Below are positions 16,063 to 25,472 of a stretch of 64,000 nt of DNA, piece after piece (position 1 is the stretch's first letter; each line of letters opens with the position of its first letter). Both the position numbers and the translations under genes were made by a program. The stretch comes from Deltaproteobacteria bacterium. Its GTDB lineage: Bacteria; Desulfobacterota; Dissulfuribacteria; Dissulfuribacterales; UBA3076. The notes below the pieces were generated by a model that was given only the letters and a program-made list of their open reading frames with translations, ran no database searches and was not told the origin of the DNA. The stretch covers positions 6,130-70,129 of the forward strand of contig PQXD01000008.1 in the NCBI GenBank assembly GCA_003194485.1, given 5' to 3'.

Positions 16063-17517
16063 TTAATGAAACGCAATAATAGGTAGCTCTATCCTCACTG
16101 TAGTGCCTTCATCTTGTGAGGATTTGAACGATATGGAGCCTTCGTGGCTGGTCACAACCAGACGGGCCATATAGGTCCCAAGGCCTGTCCCGTCTCTCTT
16201 TCCGGCGGTTGCGTACTTTTCAAAAAAACATGAGCGCATCTGTTCCGGAACCATACCCCAGTTGTGTATATATACCCGCACCCGTTCGTTGTCATGCTTG
16301 ACATTTATCTTTACGGACTGGTTTTCGGGCGAGGCCTCAATGGCATTCTTGACTAGGTTGTCCAGTGCGCTTTGAAGATATATCTTGTCTCCGATAAAAG
16401 GCAGTTCTTGTCCAAGGGCATAGAATTTCTTATTGAAGATAATGACGATATCAACGTTCTTCTTGTCGGCGATATTTCGAAGGGTCCTGCGGACCTGGGC
16501 TACTATTTCCATGAAGTTGAACCGTTCCTGCAAAGGATTATATGACCCGGTTTCCAGGCGTACAACATCAATATAGGTATTGACCATCCTTTCCAGCTGC
16601 TTCCCGCACTGCTGGATATGGCAGCAGCACTTCTGTTGCTCTTCGCTGAGTTCGGTCTTGTCAAGCAGGCGGTCGGCAAGACCGACAATCGAAACCAGGC
16701 GTGAACGCATGTCGTGGCGCAGCATCTTTTCCATGTCCTTTCGGGCGGTCTCCATCTCGACGAATGGAGTGATGTCACGAAAGGTCGAGATGATACTCTG
16801 TTTGCCCCTGAAACGGATCACCGAACTATTGACAGACACCCAGCAGTATGTCCCGTCGTTCTTCCTGAACCGATATTTGACCGGGCCGCTATCCATGTTT
16901 TTTATAAGTTTCGCGAAATCCTGGATGGCCCTGGTCCGGTCCTCGGGATGAAGCAGGTCGGCCAATGCGCGCCGGTGAAGCGTCATGGATTCAAGGCCGA
17001 GCAAGCGGCTGAAAATTTTATTATGAAAAACGATCTTGCCATCGGAGAAGAGCGCGACTCCGTCTGCGATATTATCCACAAGAATCCGGTACTGCTCCTC
17101 AGACTGCCTCAACATCTCGGTCTTCTCCCGCACCTCGCGTTCAAGGCGCTTGCGCTCTATCAGCCGCTTGACGCTGACCAGCAGTTCTCCAACATTGAAA
17201 GGTTTCTCAATGAAGTCCGAAACACCGAGCTTGATGGCCTCCAGGGCATTTTCAAAACTGCCATAGCCCGTAATGAGTATGATGTCCGAGGAGGGACTGA
17301 CGCTACGCAATTTTCTGGCAAGAGAAATCCCATCCATTTGAGACATTTTAATGTCAAGGATGGCAAGGTCATAGTGTTGTCGAGTGGCTATTTCCAGGGC
17401 TTCGACCGGACGGCAGACGGCTGTGATACTGAAGCCAGCTCTTGACAGGGCCTGGCTCAAAAATTCGCAGACTACTTCTTCGTCGTCAACAATTAATATA
17501 TTTGCAGCATCTTGCAT
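16063..17517 (-). CDS. Response-regulator receiver / PAS / histidine kinase hybrid protein
   Basis: N-terminal REC (ILIVDDEEV...DLAILDIKMSQMDG...ILITGYG...KPF), PAS region (ILVDNIADGVALF...YCWVSVNSS), H-box MLRHDMRSRL, and HATPase N/G boxes (LVKNAIEAS, GTGLGTYM). Confidence 0.85.
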   Translation of the reverse strand: MQDAANILIVDDEEVVCEFLSQALSRAGFSITAVCRPVEALEIATRQHYDLAILDIKMSQMDGISLARKLRSVSPSSDIILITGYGSFENALEAIKLGVSDFIEKPFNVGELLVSVKRLIERKRLEREVREKTEMLRQSEEQYRILVDNIADGVALFSDGKIVFHNKIFSRLLGLESMTLHRRALADLLHPEDRTRAIQDFAKLIKNMDSGPVKYRFRKNDGTYCWVSVNSSVIRFRGKQSIISTFRDITPFVEMETARKDMEKMLRHDMRSRLVSIVGLADRLLDKTELSEEQQKCCCHIQQCGKQLERMVNTYIDVVRLETGSYNPLQERFNFMEIVAQVRRTLRNIADKKNVDIVIIFNKKFYALGQELPFIGDKIYLQSALDNLVKNAIEASPENQSVKINVKHDNERVRVYIHNWGMVPEQMRSCFFEKYATAGKRDGTGLGTYMARLVVTSHEGSISFKSSQDEGTTVRIELPIIAFH

Positions 17518-17701
17518 TGATACACAATACAGTCATCACTGCATGAATTCGTCAGTTACATACTTGTCCACCGGCTTCTCACCTTTTCTGAACCTGCCCT
17601 TCTTGAATCAACCGCCTGCGGCGGGACTTTTTTGAGGTGGGATTTAACAATAAAAATTCCTCTAATATCAGATTATATTATCGGCTTATTGGCAGCGGAA
17701 G

Positions 17702-18916
17702 TTAAGAAACGGGTTTTTTTCTGAAGTTCCTATATATCTCCCAGCCATTTTTATTCATTTTAAGGACAACCAGAGAACCTGGCACAAGGCCTGAATGATC
17801 TCTCCTGCGGGGTCTGAATACACCCATGACCCCATAATAGCTTTGATCGGTATCTTCAAAGGCCTGGCACAGGTCACTATGCACAGCGGCGCCTAGTTTT
17901 CTCAGGCCCATTGCCGTGAGGTAGAGCGCATCCCAGGCCGCGCCTGCCGCCAGAAATTCTTCAATGGAAAAACCTCTGGCTTCCCTTTCCATGGCCTTCA
18001 TAAATCTATTCACTGCAAAGGCACAGGGATGCGATAACGGAATATCATAGCCCAAAAGAAGCGGAGGCGCTGCTGTCCACAGCCTGAAAGAACCTGCGTA
18101 TTTTTTCAGCATGTCTGATGAGATAATCTGTACAGGAACAGCCATATGTACACCCGTTCTTTTTGCAGAACGCAATAAAACAGGTCCGCAACTCCTTGGA
18201 CCCCATGCCACTGTCACCCGCGCCCCTTCCTCCTTGAATTGCTGCAACTGTGAAACCACATCAGTGTCATGCAGCCCGAAGTTTTGAGGCGGCAGGACAC
18301 GCAAACGATATTCCGGTCCATAGCCCTGAAGCCACAGAGATACCCTCTTTCCCTTTGGATTGTCAGCTACGAGGGGGGCTACTGGTTCAAGGCCGGTCCT
18401 GGCGAATTCCTGGAAAAGGGCCTTTATCGCAGGGCCCAGACCTGCAGAAATGCTGAAAGTACAGTGAACGGATTCATCGTTTTCAGAAGGTAAAAGAGGG
18501 TCATCTCCGGATGTCAATACAACAGGGATATTATGGGTCTCTGCATAGTTCCTTAGCACTGGAATCAGGGCCTCACTTGTGGGGCCGAGAAGGGCCACTA
18601 CCTTTTTCTGTTCAACAAGTTTTCTGACCTCGAGTAATAGTCTGCCCGGTTCCCCCATGGTGTCTGCCGTTATCAACTCAAGAGGCCTTCCGCTGATTCC
18701 ACCCTGGGAGTTAAGATACTCCACGGCCTTTCTCGCAGCCATGCATGCAGCTTTGCCCTCTCTGCTGCGGTCTCCGCTCAGGTCCCACAGCCCGCCCACA
18801 TATATCGTCTTGCACAATGCCTTGCCAGCAATCACCGCGCTCGCAGCAAAAAACAAAAAAAGGCAGCAGCACAGAATCCTGAGCCATGAAGCTGCCATAG
18901 GTAATCGCAGGTTCAT
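17702..18916 (-). CDS. Periplasmic solute-binding protein, LivK/Peripla_BP_6-like
   Basis: N-terminal hydrophobic anchor/signal. IYVGGLWDLSGDRSREG...LITADTMGEP...VVALLGPTSE is a type-I PBP pattern. 404 aa. Confidence 0.65.
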   Translation of the reverse strand: MNLRLPMAASWLRILCCCLFLFFAASAVIAGKALCKTIYVGGLWDLSGDRSREGKAACMAARKAVEYLNSQGGISGRPLELITADTMGEPGRLLLEVRKLVEQKKVVALLGPTSEALIPVLRNYAETHNIPVVLTSGDDPLLPSENDESVHCTFSISAGLGPAIKALFQEFARTGLEPVAPLVADNPKGKRVSLWLQGYGPEYRLRVLPPQNFGLHDTDVVSQLQQFKEEGARVTVAWGPRSCGPVLLRSAKRTGVHMAVPVQIISSDMLKKYAGSFRLWTAAPPLLLGYDIPLSHPCAFAVNRFMKAMEREARGFSIEEFLAAGAAWDALYLTAMGLRKLGAAVHSDLCQAFEDTDQSYYGVMGVFRPRRRDHSGLVPGSLVVLKMNKNGWEIYRNFRKKPVS

Positions 18917-18935
18917 CTGATTTATGGGGAGATTT

Positions 18936-19820
18936 CTATTTTATTCTTGCAAGCTTTTTCTTGGCTATCCTTACCTGCGGGCTCTTTGGATACTTTTTAA
19001 TAAGCTTGTTAAGTACGATTTTTGCGCTTTCCCTGTCTCCGAGCTTCGCAAAAGCCATACCCTGTTTCAGCAGGGAGTCCGGTACTTTATTACTTTTTGG
19101 ATACCTGCTTATCACCTTTTGGTATTCCAGGATTGCCTCTTCAAAGCGCTGCAGGTTGTACTCGCACTCACCCATCCAGAAATAGGCATTGGCAACCCTC
19201 TTGCCGTGCGGGTGTTTTTCTATGTATGTCCTCAGGGTCTTTTTGGCATCTTTATACCTTTTCTGCTTGATTAGATCCAGGGCCTGCTGATACAGGTCCA
19301 CTGCACCCTGAACGGCCTCCTTCCTCGCCTGCTCCACCTCCTTTGTCACCCTGGTGGAGGCCTGAAGCAGCCTGACTTCTTCTCTCAGATTTTCTACTTG
19401 TTTCTTAAGGTCCTCTCTGAAACGGAGCGCCGCCTCTTCCTCCTGTTCATTTCTGTGACCAATCTGGTCGATCAGGCCGTTCAGCCTGAGGAGTTCAGCC
19501 TGCAACTCGTCCATCCGGTTTCCAAATTCCGCCTGTCGGCTCCTTATAGAAGCGATGTCCTGCTCGTCCACTTTCCGTGTGGCCTTTTTCAGCTCCGCGA
19601 CTTCCTGCTTCAGGAAATTAATCTGATTGCTAAAAGAACGATTCTCTGAAGAAAGGCCGTTTACGCGCCTTTCCAGCATGTTCACCTGATCCTGGGGTGC
19701 ACAGCGGACCAATAACAGCATGGGCAGGAAAACAAAGATAACCAGTTGCATTGTTTTTAGAAAAACCGACTTACTTTTCCCGGGAAAAACCATGCCTTTC
19801 AATCTATTGAACGACTGCAT
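18936..19820 (-). CDS. cpoB: Tol-Pal system protein CpoB/YbgF (coiled coil plus TPR)
   Basis: N-terminal coiled coil, then C-terminal TPR block YQQALDLIKQKRYKDAKKTLRTYIEKHPHGKRVANAYFWMGECEYNLQRFEEAILEYQKVISRYPKSNKVPDSLLKQGMAF. Located directly after tolB. Confidence 0.8.
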   Translation of the reverse strand: MQSFNRLKGMVFPGKSKSVFLKTMQLVIFVFLPMLLLVRCAPQDQVNMLERRVNGLSSENRSFSNQINFLKQEVAELKKATRKVDEQDIASIRSRQAEFGNRMDELQAELLRLNGLIDQIGHRNEQEEEAALRFREDLKKQVENLREEVRLLQASTRVTKEVEQARKEAVQGAVDLYQQALDLIKQKRYKDAKKTLRTYIEKHPHGKRVANAYFWMGECEYNLQRFEEAILEYQKVISRYPKSNKVPDSLLKQGMAFAKLGDRESAKIVLNKLIKKYPKSPQVRIAKKKLARIK

Positions 19821-19891
19821 CTCAGACTCCTTCTTATTGAATTACTGAAGAAAATTCAGCATTTATAGTTCAAAATTCTCCCTGCCGTGTC

Positions 19892-21217
19892 CTAAAAAAT
19901 GTTAGGGCCCCAGTTGGCTATCTCCACACCATCTGAATAACGCAGCAACATGCGCTGTCCTCTGCCGTTGGCATACATTACAAACAGGGCCTTTTCAGGA
20001 CCCATTCTGGTAGAACTGAATAAAATCTGCCTGCCGTCCGGAGACCAGGAGGGGTTCTCATTATTGCCTGAACATGTAAGTTGAATGGGATCTCCGCCTT
20101 CCGGCGATATGCTGAATATCTGGAAACGGCCTTCAATTCGGCTTGTGTAAACTATACGATCCCCGCAGGGAGACCATTGCGGGTCTGTGTTGTAGGTTCC
20201 GCTGTAAGTGATACGCCTGGCGGACCTGGTCCGAATGTCCATCACATATATCTGTGGACTGCCACTGCGGTCGGACACAAAGGCCAGGTGATTGCCGTCC
20301 GGAGACCACGCAGGAGAGACATTTATCCCGTGCCCTCGGGTGAGCCTTTTCATTATCCGTCCCTTAAAATCAATAAGATATATGTCCGGATTTCCATCTT
20401 TGCTCAGGGTCACGGCAAGGCGCTGATTGTCCGGATGCCATGCAGGAGAAATGTTTAGGCCGGAGTATGCGGTAAGCCTGTATATTTTTCCGGTTTTTGT
20501 ATCTTTTATGTAAAGATATGGCTTCCCGGTCCTGTATGATGTATAGGCAATATATCTCCCGTTCGGAGAGTAACGCGGAGATACGGTAATACCCTTATCA
20601 AAGGTCTCTCTCCTTATGTTGAACCCGTCAAAGTCTGATGTATAAACCTCTTTGATTCCATCTTTTTTGACCACAAAGGTGACCCTGGACAGGCTTACCC
20701 CGTGTTTCCCGGTTATCGCCATTACTATGAGGTCACAGAAACGATGGGCTATCATTCGGTAATCCTTGACCTTTCCGTTATATCGCCTTCCCTGTATCAT
20801 GGCCCCTGTTGACATATCGAACAGCCTGAGTTCGGCTGTCAGGGAGTCGCCTCTTTTTTCCATGGAACCTCTGACTAGATAGTCCAGGCGAAATTTACTC
20901 CAGTCTGCACCTTGCCTATATCCATAGCTGGCAGGATCAAGTACTGAAAAGAAGCCATGAAAGATGAGGTCATCCGAGAGTACCTTTGAAATCTTTCGAC
21001 CCAGAAGATCATTCTCAAAGGTGCCCGGCGTAACCTCTAAATATGGAACGGCAATGGGGATCTTCTGCAGATACGGCGAAGTTATATCTATATAGAGCCT
21101 CGCTTCAACTAAAGAAGTGCTGAAAATCAGAAGAGGGAGAAAAAAGATCCAGCCAAAAAGTACCTTTTTGTAAATATTCTTGTCGTTCATAATTAATAAC
21201 TTATAATCCCACTTCAC
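19892..21217 (-). CDS. tolB: Tol-Pal system beta-propeller protein TolB
   Basis: Repeated ...SPxWSPDG..IAF.S.R.G.P.IY... blades (SPAWHPDNQRLAV, SPAWSPDGNHLAFVSDRSGSPQIYVM, DPQWSPCGDRIVYTS, NPSWSPDGRQILFSS). Confidence 0.9.
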   Translation of the reverse strand: MKWDYKLLIMNDKNIYKKVLFGWIFFLPLLIFSTSLVEARLYIDITSPYLQKIPIAVPYLEVTPGTFENDLLGRKISKVLSDDLIFHGFFSVLDPASYGYRQGADWSKFRLDYLVRGSMEKRGDSLTAELRLFDMSTGAMIQGRRYNGKVKDYRMIAHRFCDLIVMAITGKHGVSLSRVTFVVKKDGIKEVYTSDFDGFNIRRETFDKGITVSPRYSPNGRYIAYTSYRTGKPYLYIKDTKTGKIYRLTAYSGLNISPAWHPDNQRLAVTLSKDGNPDIYLIDFKGRIMKRLTRGHGINVSPAWSPDGNHLAFVSDRSGSPQIYVMDIRTRSARRITYSGTYNTDPQWSPCGDRIVYTSRIEGRFQIFSISPEGGDPIQLTCSGNNENPSWSPDGRQILFSSTRMGPEKALFVMYANGRGQRMLLRYSDGVEIANWGPNIF

Positions 21218-22049
21218 CTGGTCTGAACCTGATTCCTATTTCCAGCGGACCGGGCCTCAAGGCCCGGGGCAATGGAGGGAGAGGGCTTGCCTTTTGTACC
21301 GCCCTCATGGCCGACTGATCGAACAGGGCGTGACCCGACTTGTGTTCATACCCGGCCTTGAGTATCGTTCCATCCTGCGCAATTCGGACCACCACAATGG
21401 ATACCAGGCCGGTCTTGTCAAGGAGTTGCTCAGGAAGGACCCAGTGGTTTCTGACCCTGGCCCAAACCTCTGTACAATATAGCCTGAGCACCTCATTCTG
21501 CTGTCCGCCCTCTGCCCCTGTTCCGGCAGCCGCTGTCGCGGATTTCTTTGCCCTGGCCTCAACGCTGGATCTTATGGCGCTCAATCTATTTTTGATAAAT
21601 TTTTCCCTTACACGCTCTTCAAGACTCTCTAAACGCTTACTCAAGAGTTTCTCCGTGTCCTTGGTGGCAAACGGTTTTGGCTTAGGCTTTTTTCTATCGG
21701 ACTTTGGCTTAGGCTTCTTGGGACTGAGGGACACGGCCTTCTGCTGCTTTGGCTTTGATCTTTTTTGCAGAGGCATTGCCTTCTTCTCTTTTTTTTTGAT
21801 CTTTTTGATCTTTGGCCTTGGCTTGACAACCGGGATCTGCTTCTTTGGTTCGGCTTTACCTGGTGGAAACGGCTCTGCTGCCTCAAATAGTTTTATAGTA
21901 TATACCGGCGGCATCGGCCGGGAGGACCTTTCCCACAGGTTCGGCCCGACAATAGATAGTATGGCCAGCGCAAGGTGTATCCCAAGGGCCCCTATGAAAG
22001 CAGGCTTCCAGTCTCCGTTAAGCCGGCCTGTTATTATCCCCTTTGACAT
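21201..22049 (-). CDS. tolA: TolA-like protein (TM anchor, K/P-rich linker, TonB_C-type C-terminal domain)
   Basis: Position between tolR and tolB. Low-complexity KPKPK linker. C-terminus VSIVVVRIAQDGTILKAGYEHKSGHALFDQSAMRAVQKASPLPPLP. Confidence 0.75.
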   Translation of the reverse strand: MSKGIITGRLNGDWKPAFIGALGIHLALAILSIVGPNLWERSSRPMPPVYTIKLFEAAEPFPPGKAEPKKQIPVVKPRPKIKKIKKKEKKAMPLQKRSKPKQQKAVSLSPKKPKPKSDRKKPKPKPFATKDTEKLLSKRLESLEERVREKFIKNRLSAIRSSVEARAKKSATAAAGTGAEGGQQNEVLRLYCTEVWARVRNHWVLPEQLLDKTGLVSIVVVRIAQDGTILKAGYEHKSGHALFDQSAMRAVQKASPLPPLPRALRPGPLEIGIRFRPGEVGL

Positions 22050-22503
22050 TTTTCTCTGTCTTAGATCGTTTATGTACTGTTTTAGAGGGTTTCAGGGGCT
22101 GTGTCACCAGGCCCAAATCCTCTATTCCCGCTTCACGAATTGCGGCCATCACTCTGGCAACGGTTCCATAGGCAATGGCAGCGTCTGCCTTTAAGAGGAC
22201 CTGCCGGGCCTGTCCCGTCTTTTTCATCTCGGCAAGGTGCCGTTTCAAAACCGCTTCGTCCACAGCGACCTTGTTCAGATAGATTTCCCCCTTTCTATTA
22301 ACCGTGATGATTATATTCTTCTTCTTTTGGGGAAGTGGCTTGGCCGTGGTCTTTGGGAGATTAATATCCAGCCCTCTGGTCATCATCGGTGCTGTGACCA
22401 TGAAGATGATCAAAAGCACTATGACTACATCTACCAGGGGTGTCACGTTAATTTCGGACATGTAGCGCCGCTTGCCGTTTCTCTGCCCCGGATTGTCAGT
22501 CAT
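22018..22503 (-). CDS. tolR: TolR (ExbD/TolR family)
   Basis: MSEINVTPLVDVVIVLLIIFMVTAPMMTRGLDINLP...NIIITVNRKGEIYLN. Confidence 0.88.
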   Translation of the reverse strand: MTDNPGQRNGKRRYMSEINVTPLVDVVIVLLIIFMVTAPMMTRGLDINLPKTTAKPLPQKKKNIIITVNRKGEIYLNKVAVDEAVLKRHLAEMKKTGQARQVLLKADAAIAYGTVARVMAAIREAGIEDLGLVTQPLKPSKTVHKRSKTEKNVKGDNNRPA

Positions 22504-22514
22504 TCAGTCCTCTC

Positions 22515-23231
22515 CTATGTTGGTTCCTGAGAATTTTCCTTGCCGTGAAGGAGTTGCCTTTCCACTGTATTTAAAAAATCGTTCGAAAATCCCTGGAGTT
22601 GCATCTCCAGCCTGCCCATCCAGCTCATAAAACCATTAAATGCGATGACCGCGGGTATGGCAGCTGCAAGGCCTGCGGCCGTAGCAACCAGGGCCTCTGA
22701 AATACCAGGGGCTACTGTAGCAAGACTTGCCGAGCCAGTGAGACCGATACTGTGAAAACTTCTCATGATCCCCCACACAGTACCAAAGAGGCCGATAAAA
22801 GGAGCGGCATTACCGGTAGTTGCCAGAAACGGAAGGGTACGTTCCATGGCTGCCAATTCCTCCTGGATACCCTTTTCAAGGCTTCTCTCCAGGGTCTCAA
22901 GCCATACCCTCAGGCCAACAGCCACATCCCGGGATCTTGGACATTTCTGAAGACGCTTCAATTCTTTATATCCTTCGAGAAACACTCCTGCCATTGGGGT
23001 ATTCGACATTTTCCTTGCGTGGTTGTATGCATGGGTAAGGCTGGGGCTCTCCCAAAAAAGCCTTTCAAAATCCTCATTGCCGTATCTTGCCCGACGAAAT
23101 TGCTTTATCTTTGCCAGTATTACGGTCCAGCAAAGGATTGAAAAGACCACCAGAATTATGAGAACCAGTTTGACTACAGGTCCTGCACCGATAACCATGG
23201 TCCATATATTCGCCGTTGTCTCAACTGCCAT
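22515..23231 (-). CDS. tolQ: TolQ (MotA/TolQ/ExbB proton channel)
   Basis: Three TM segments and the conserved LATTGNAAPFIGLFGTVWGIM...LATVAPGISEALVATAAGL. Confidence 0.9.
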   Translation of the reverse strand: MAVETTANIWTMVIGAGPVVKLVLIILVVFSILCWTVILAKIKQFRRARYGNEDFERLFWESPSLTHAYNHARKMSNTPMAGVFLEGYKELKRLQKCPRSRDVAVGLRVWLETLERSLEKGIQEELAAMERTLPFLATTGNAAPFIGLFGTVWGIMRSFHSIGLTGSASLATVAPGISEALVATAAGLAAAIPAVIAFNGFMSWMGRLEMQLQGFSNDFLNTVERQLLHGKENSQEPT

Positions 23232-23274
23232 ATTTGATGTCCTCCGGACAGATAATCATTTTTTAACCTAAAGT

Positions 23275-23305
23275 GAGCGGTTCCAGGTTCAGGGTTTAAA
23301 GGTTA
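23275..23305. repeat. GTTCA-class low-complexity arm (left partner of 23844-23870)
   Basis: GAGCGGTTCCAGGTTCAGGGTTTAAAGGTTA. The reverse complement of 23844-23870 is ACCTGGGTTGAGCGGTTCAGGGTTGAC. The two arms bracket MITE A3. Confidence 0.55.
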
Positions 23306-23404
23306 TAGTCTATTGATATTCTTAACTTTATTTATGCCGCCTGAGGCGTGACTCAGATTAGCCTCTTTTACCCATTGGGTGAAACATAATATTTGAAACT
23401 ATCA

Positions 23405-23801
23405 GTAAATATCCGGTGAACCCGTGGTCCCACGTAACCGTTCACAGGAAGGGGATATTTCTTTTCACTTCACACTTCAGCCCCTTGTTTTCTTAAGGCT
23501 TTTGACATGGGGGATGTCCTGCCCCCTCTGCATTCGCCTTATGCTGCGCTTAAGGCGATGCAGTTTCCCCCACAGCAAAAGCCGAGAAAACTACGGGGGC
23601 TTCCGTTAAACCGTTCAAAGAAATATCCCCCTCCTGTGAACGGTTGCCGTCCGTGCCCTGCCTTGGAGCGGTTTGCCTTTTGCAGGGTTTCGATCGCGGG
23701 CCGGATTGCACTGCCTCTCCGGTCTGCGATGAGTGAGCTTTGAAACCCGGAAAAAGGTAACCGCTTCAAGGCAGGATATAACGGGTTCACCGAATATTTA
23801 C
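23405..23801 (-). mobile_element. Type-A MITE, long composite form (397 bp), copy A3, inverted orientation
   Basis: Type-A termini. Flanking repeats AACTATCA / AGCTATCA (7 of 8). Carries the inner module bounded by AACCGTTCACAGGAAGGGGATATTTCTTT and its complement. Confidence 0.85.
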
Positions 23802-23843
23802 AGCTATCAACGTATTTTCCTTTTGTTAACAGCCGGTTAGGGC

Positions 23844-23870
23844 GTCAACCCTGAACCGCTCAACCCAGGT
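23844..23870. repeat. GTTCA-class low-complexity arm (right partner of 23275-23305)
   Basis: GTCAACCCTGAACCGCTCAACCCAGGT, abutting the mqnD stop codon. Confidence 0.55.
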
Positions 23871-24734
23871 TTATGGGCCTTCCAGGGCCTTTTGCAGGTC
23901 CGTGCCGGGCCTAAAGGAGAATATCCCCTTTTTTTGTCCTTGCTTCAAAAGAAATTCCACTGCCTTTATACCCTCTTCACCAAGATCCAGTGTATATTGG
24001 TTTACATATAGGTCTATGTGTCTTCTCACAACCTCGTAAGACATCTCCTGTGCATGCTCCATTACAAAGTCCCAGGTGGCTTCAGGATTCTCAAAAGCCA
24101 GCCTGATACTCATTCCAATGGCGGCATCTATTGCCTGCAACAACTCAATGCCCAGAGAACGCCTGGCGATGATTCCGCCCAGGGGGATCGGAAATCCGGT
24201 CTTTTCTTCCCACCAGGCCCCAAGATCCTGGATGCAAATCAGGCCGAGTTCATGATAGGTAAATCTGGTCTCGTGTATGATTATTCCTCCATCCACCTCT
24301 CCTTTGGCAACTGCTGGAGCGATAAGGGCGAAGTTCATAGGTACCAGCTCTTTAATTCCTGGGGCAAAGAGCTTCAAGAGAAGTGTTGCAGTAGTATATT
24401 CGCCGGGTACGGCAATCCTGTATTGCTCAAAATCCTGAGGATCTAAAGGTTTTCTTGCAAGGAATAAGGGCCCGCAGCCACGCCCCATGGCGCTGCCCGA
24501 CCTGAGGAGCATATAGTCATCCAGGACATACCCCAGCACATGATAAGACACCTTGCTTATATCAATAGACCTTGCAAGAACTCTTTGATTCAGCTCTTCC
24601 ACATCTGCTATTAAAGGTGATAGCTTATACTTTAAATGCACTTTGTTGTGAAGCAGGGCATAGAAAATAAAGGTGTCGTTAGGGCAGGAAGAAAACCCCA
24701 GGTTGATCCTGTTGTTGTTCCCTACATTCTCCAT
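23871..24734 (-). CDS. mqnD: 1,4-dihydroxy-6-naphthoate synthase (futalosine pathway MqnD)
   Basis: N-terminal LGFSSCPNDTFIFYAL signature (SPCPNDTF-type) of MqnD rather than MqnA. 287 aa. Adjacent to mqnB. Confidence 0.75.
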   Translation of the reverse strand: MENVGNNNRINLGFSSCPNDTFIFYALLHNKVHLKYKLSPLIADVEELNQRVLARSIDISKVSYHVLGYVLDDYMLLRSGSAMGRGCGPLFLARKPLDPQDFEQYRIAVPGEYTTATLLLKLFAPGIKELVPMNFALIAPAVAKGEVDGGIIIHETRFTYHELGLICIQDLGAWWEEKTGFPIPLGGIIARRSLGIELLQAIDAAIGMSIRLAFENPEATWDFVMEHAQEMSYEVVRRHIDLYVNQYTLDLGEEGIKAVEFLLKQGQKKGIFSFRPGTDLQKALEGP

Positions 24735-24788
24735 AATCTACAATAGCCGGAGCCACTTGCAAAATAATCAGGTTTTGCGCATACCTCG

Positions 24789-25460
24789 CTAATCCAACAA
24801 AACCCCAAGGACCTTTTCCAGGACTCTGGCCGTTGCATCCAGGGCCTGGTCCAGCCTCCAGTTTTTTCTGTCAAGATCACCCACCCAGTTGCTTATACCC
24901 CTGATCTCAAATAGGGGGACCTGATAGAAATTGCAGACCTGCGCAGCCGCGGCCCCCTCCATGTTCTCCGCAATAGATTTGAAACGTTTATGCAGATCCC
25001 AGGCCATCTCTCTGGTGCCTGTAACACAGGAGACCGTGACCATCGGGCCGCAACGAAGGCCAAGCTCCTTCACAATATCCGATTTAATAATTTGGCACCA
25101 TCCCGGCTCAAGAGCAAACTCTGTCCGCGTTTCGTCTCCCCCCAAGAAAACGGGCTCAATCCCCGAGGGACCGTAACGGCCCAGATCGCCATAGGCTTCG
25201 GAGCTTGCAAGGCATACATCCTCAAGCTCTACATCCGCCCACTCGTAAGCTCCTGCCACACCAGCCAGGATTACTGCATATGGCCTGCCTCTGCTCTCAA
25301 TAAATCTCGTCAGCTCAAAAGAGGTGCTGCCTGTCCCGAGGCCGCACACCAGGTAAGGGCATCCATATCTGTGTACAAGGGGAAGAAAAGAGCCCATTTC
25401 TCTTTTTGTGGGAGATGCAATCAGGATCCGGGAAATGGCCATATTGCTCCTCGTCTCCAT
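24789..25460 (-). CDS. mqnB: Futalosine hydrolase (MqnB; MTA/SAH-nucleosidase fold)
   Basis: 223 aa. RILIASPTKREM, ILAGVAGAY, and ENMEGAAAAQVC...FEIRGISNWVGDLDRKNW. Confidence 0.75.
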   Translation of the reverse strand: METRSNMAISRILIASPTKREMGSFLPLVHRYGCPYLVCGLGTGSTSFELTRFIESRGRPYAVILAGVAGAYEWADVELEDVCLASSEAYGDLGRYGPSGIEPVFLGGDETRTEFALEPGWCQIIKSDIVKELGLRCGPMVTVSCVTGTREMAWDLHKRFKSIAENMEGAAAAQVCNFYQVPLFEIRGISNWVGDLDRKNWRLDQALDATARVLEKVLGVLLD

Positions 25461-25472
25461 TCATCATTCCTG

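Noticed and set aside
17618-17650. Hairpin CCGCC-TGC-GGCGG followed by GACTTTTTTG, which looks like an intrinsic terminator on the plus strand.
   Set aside because: Both neighbouring genes are on the minus strand. In that orientation the hairpin is not followed by a U-tract, so no transcript is evident for it to terminate.
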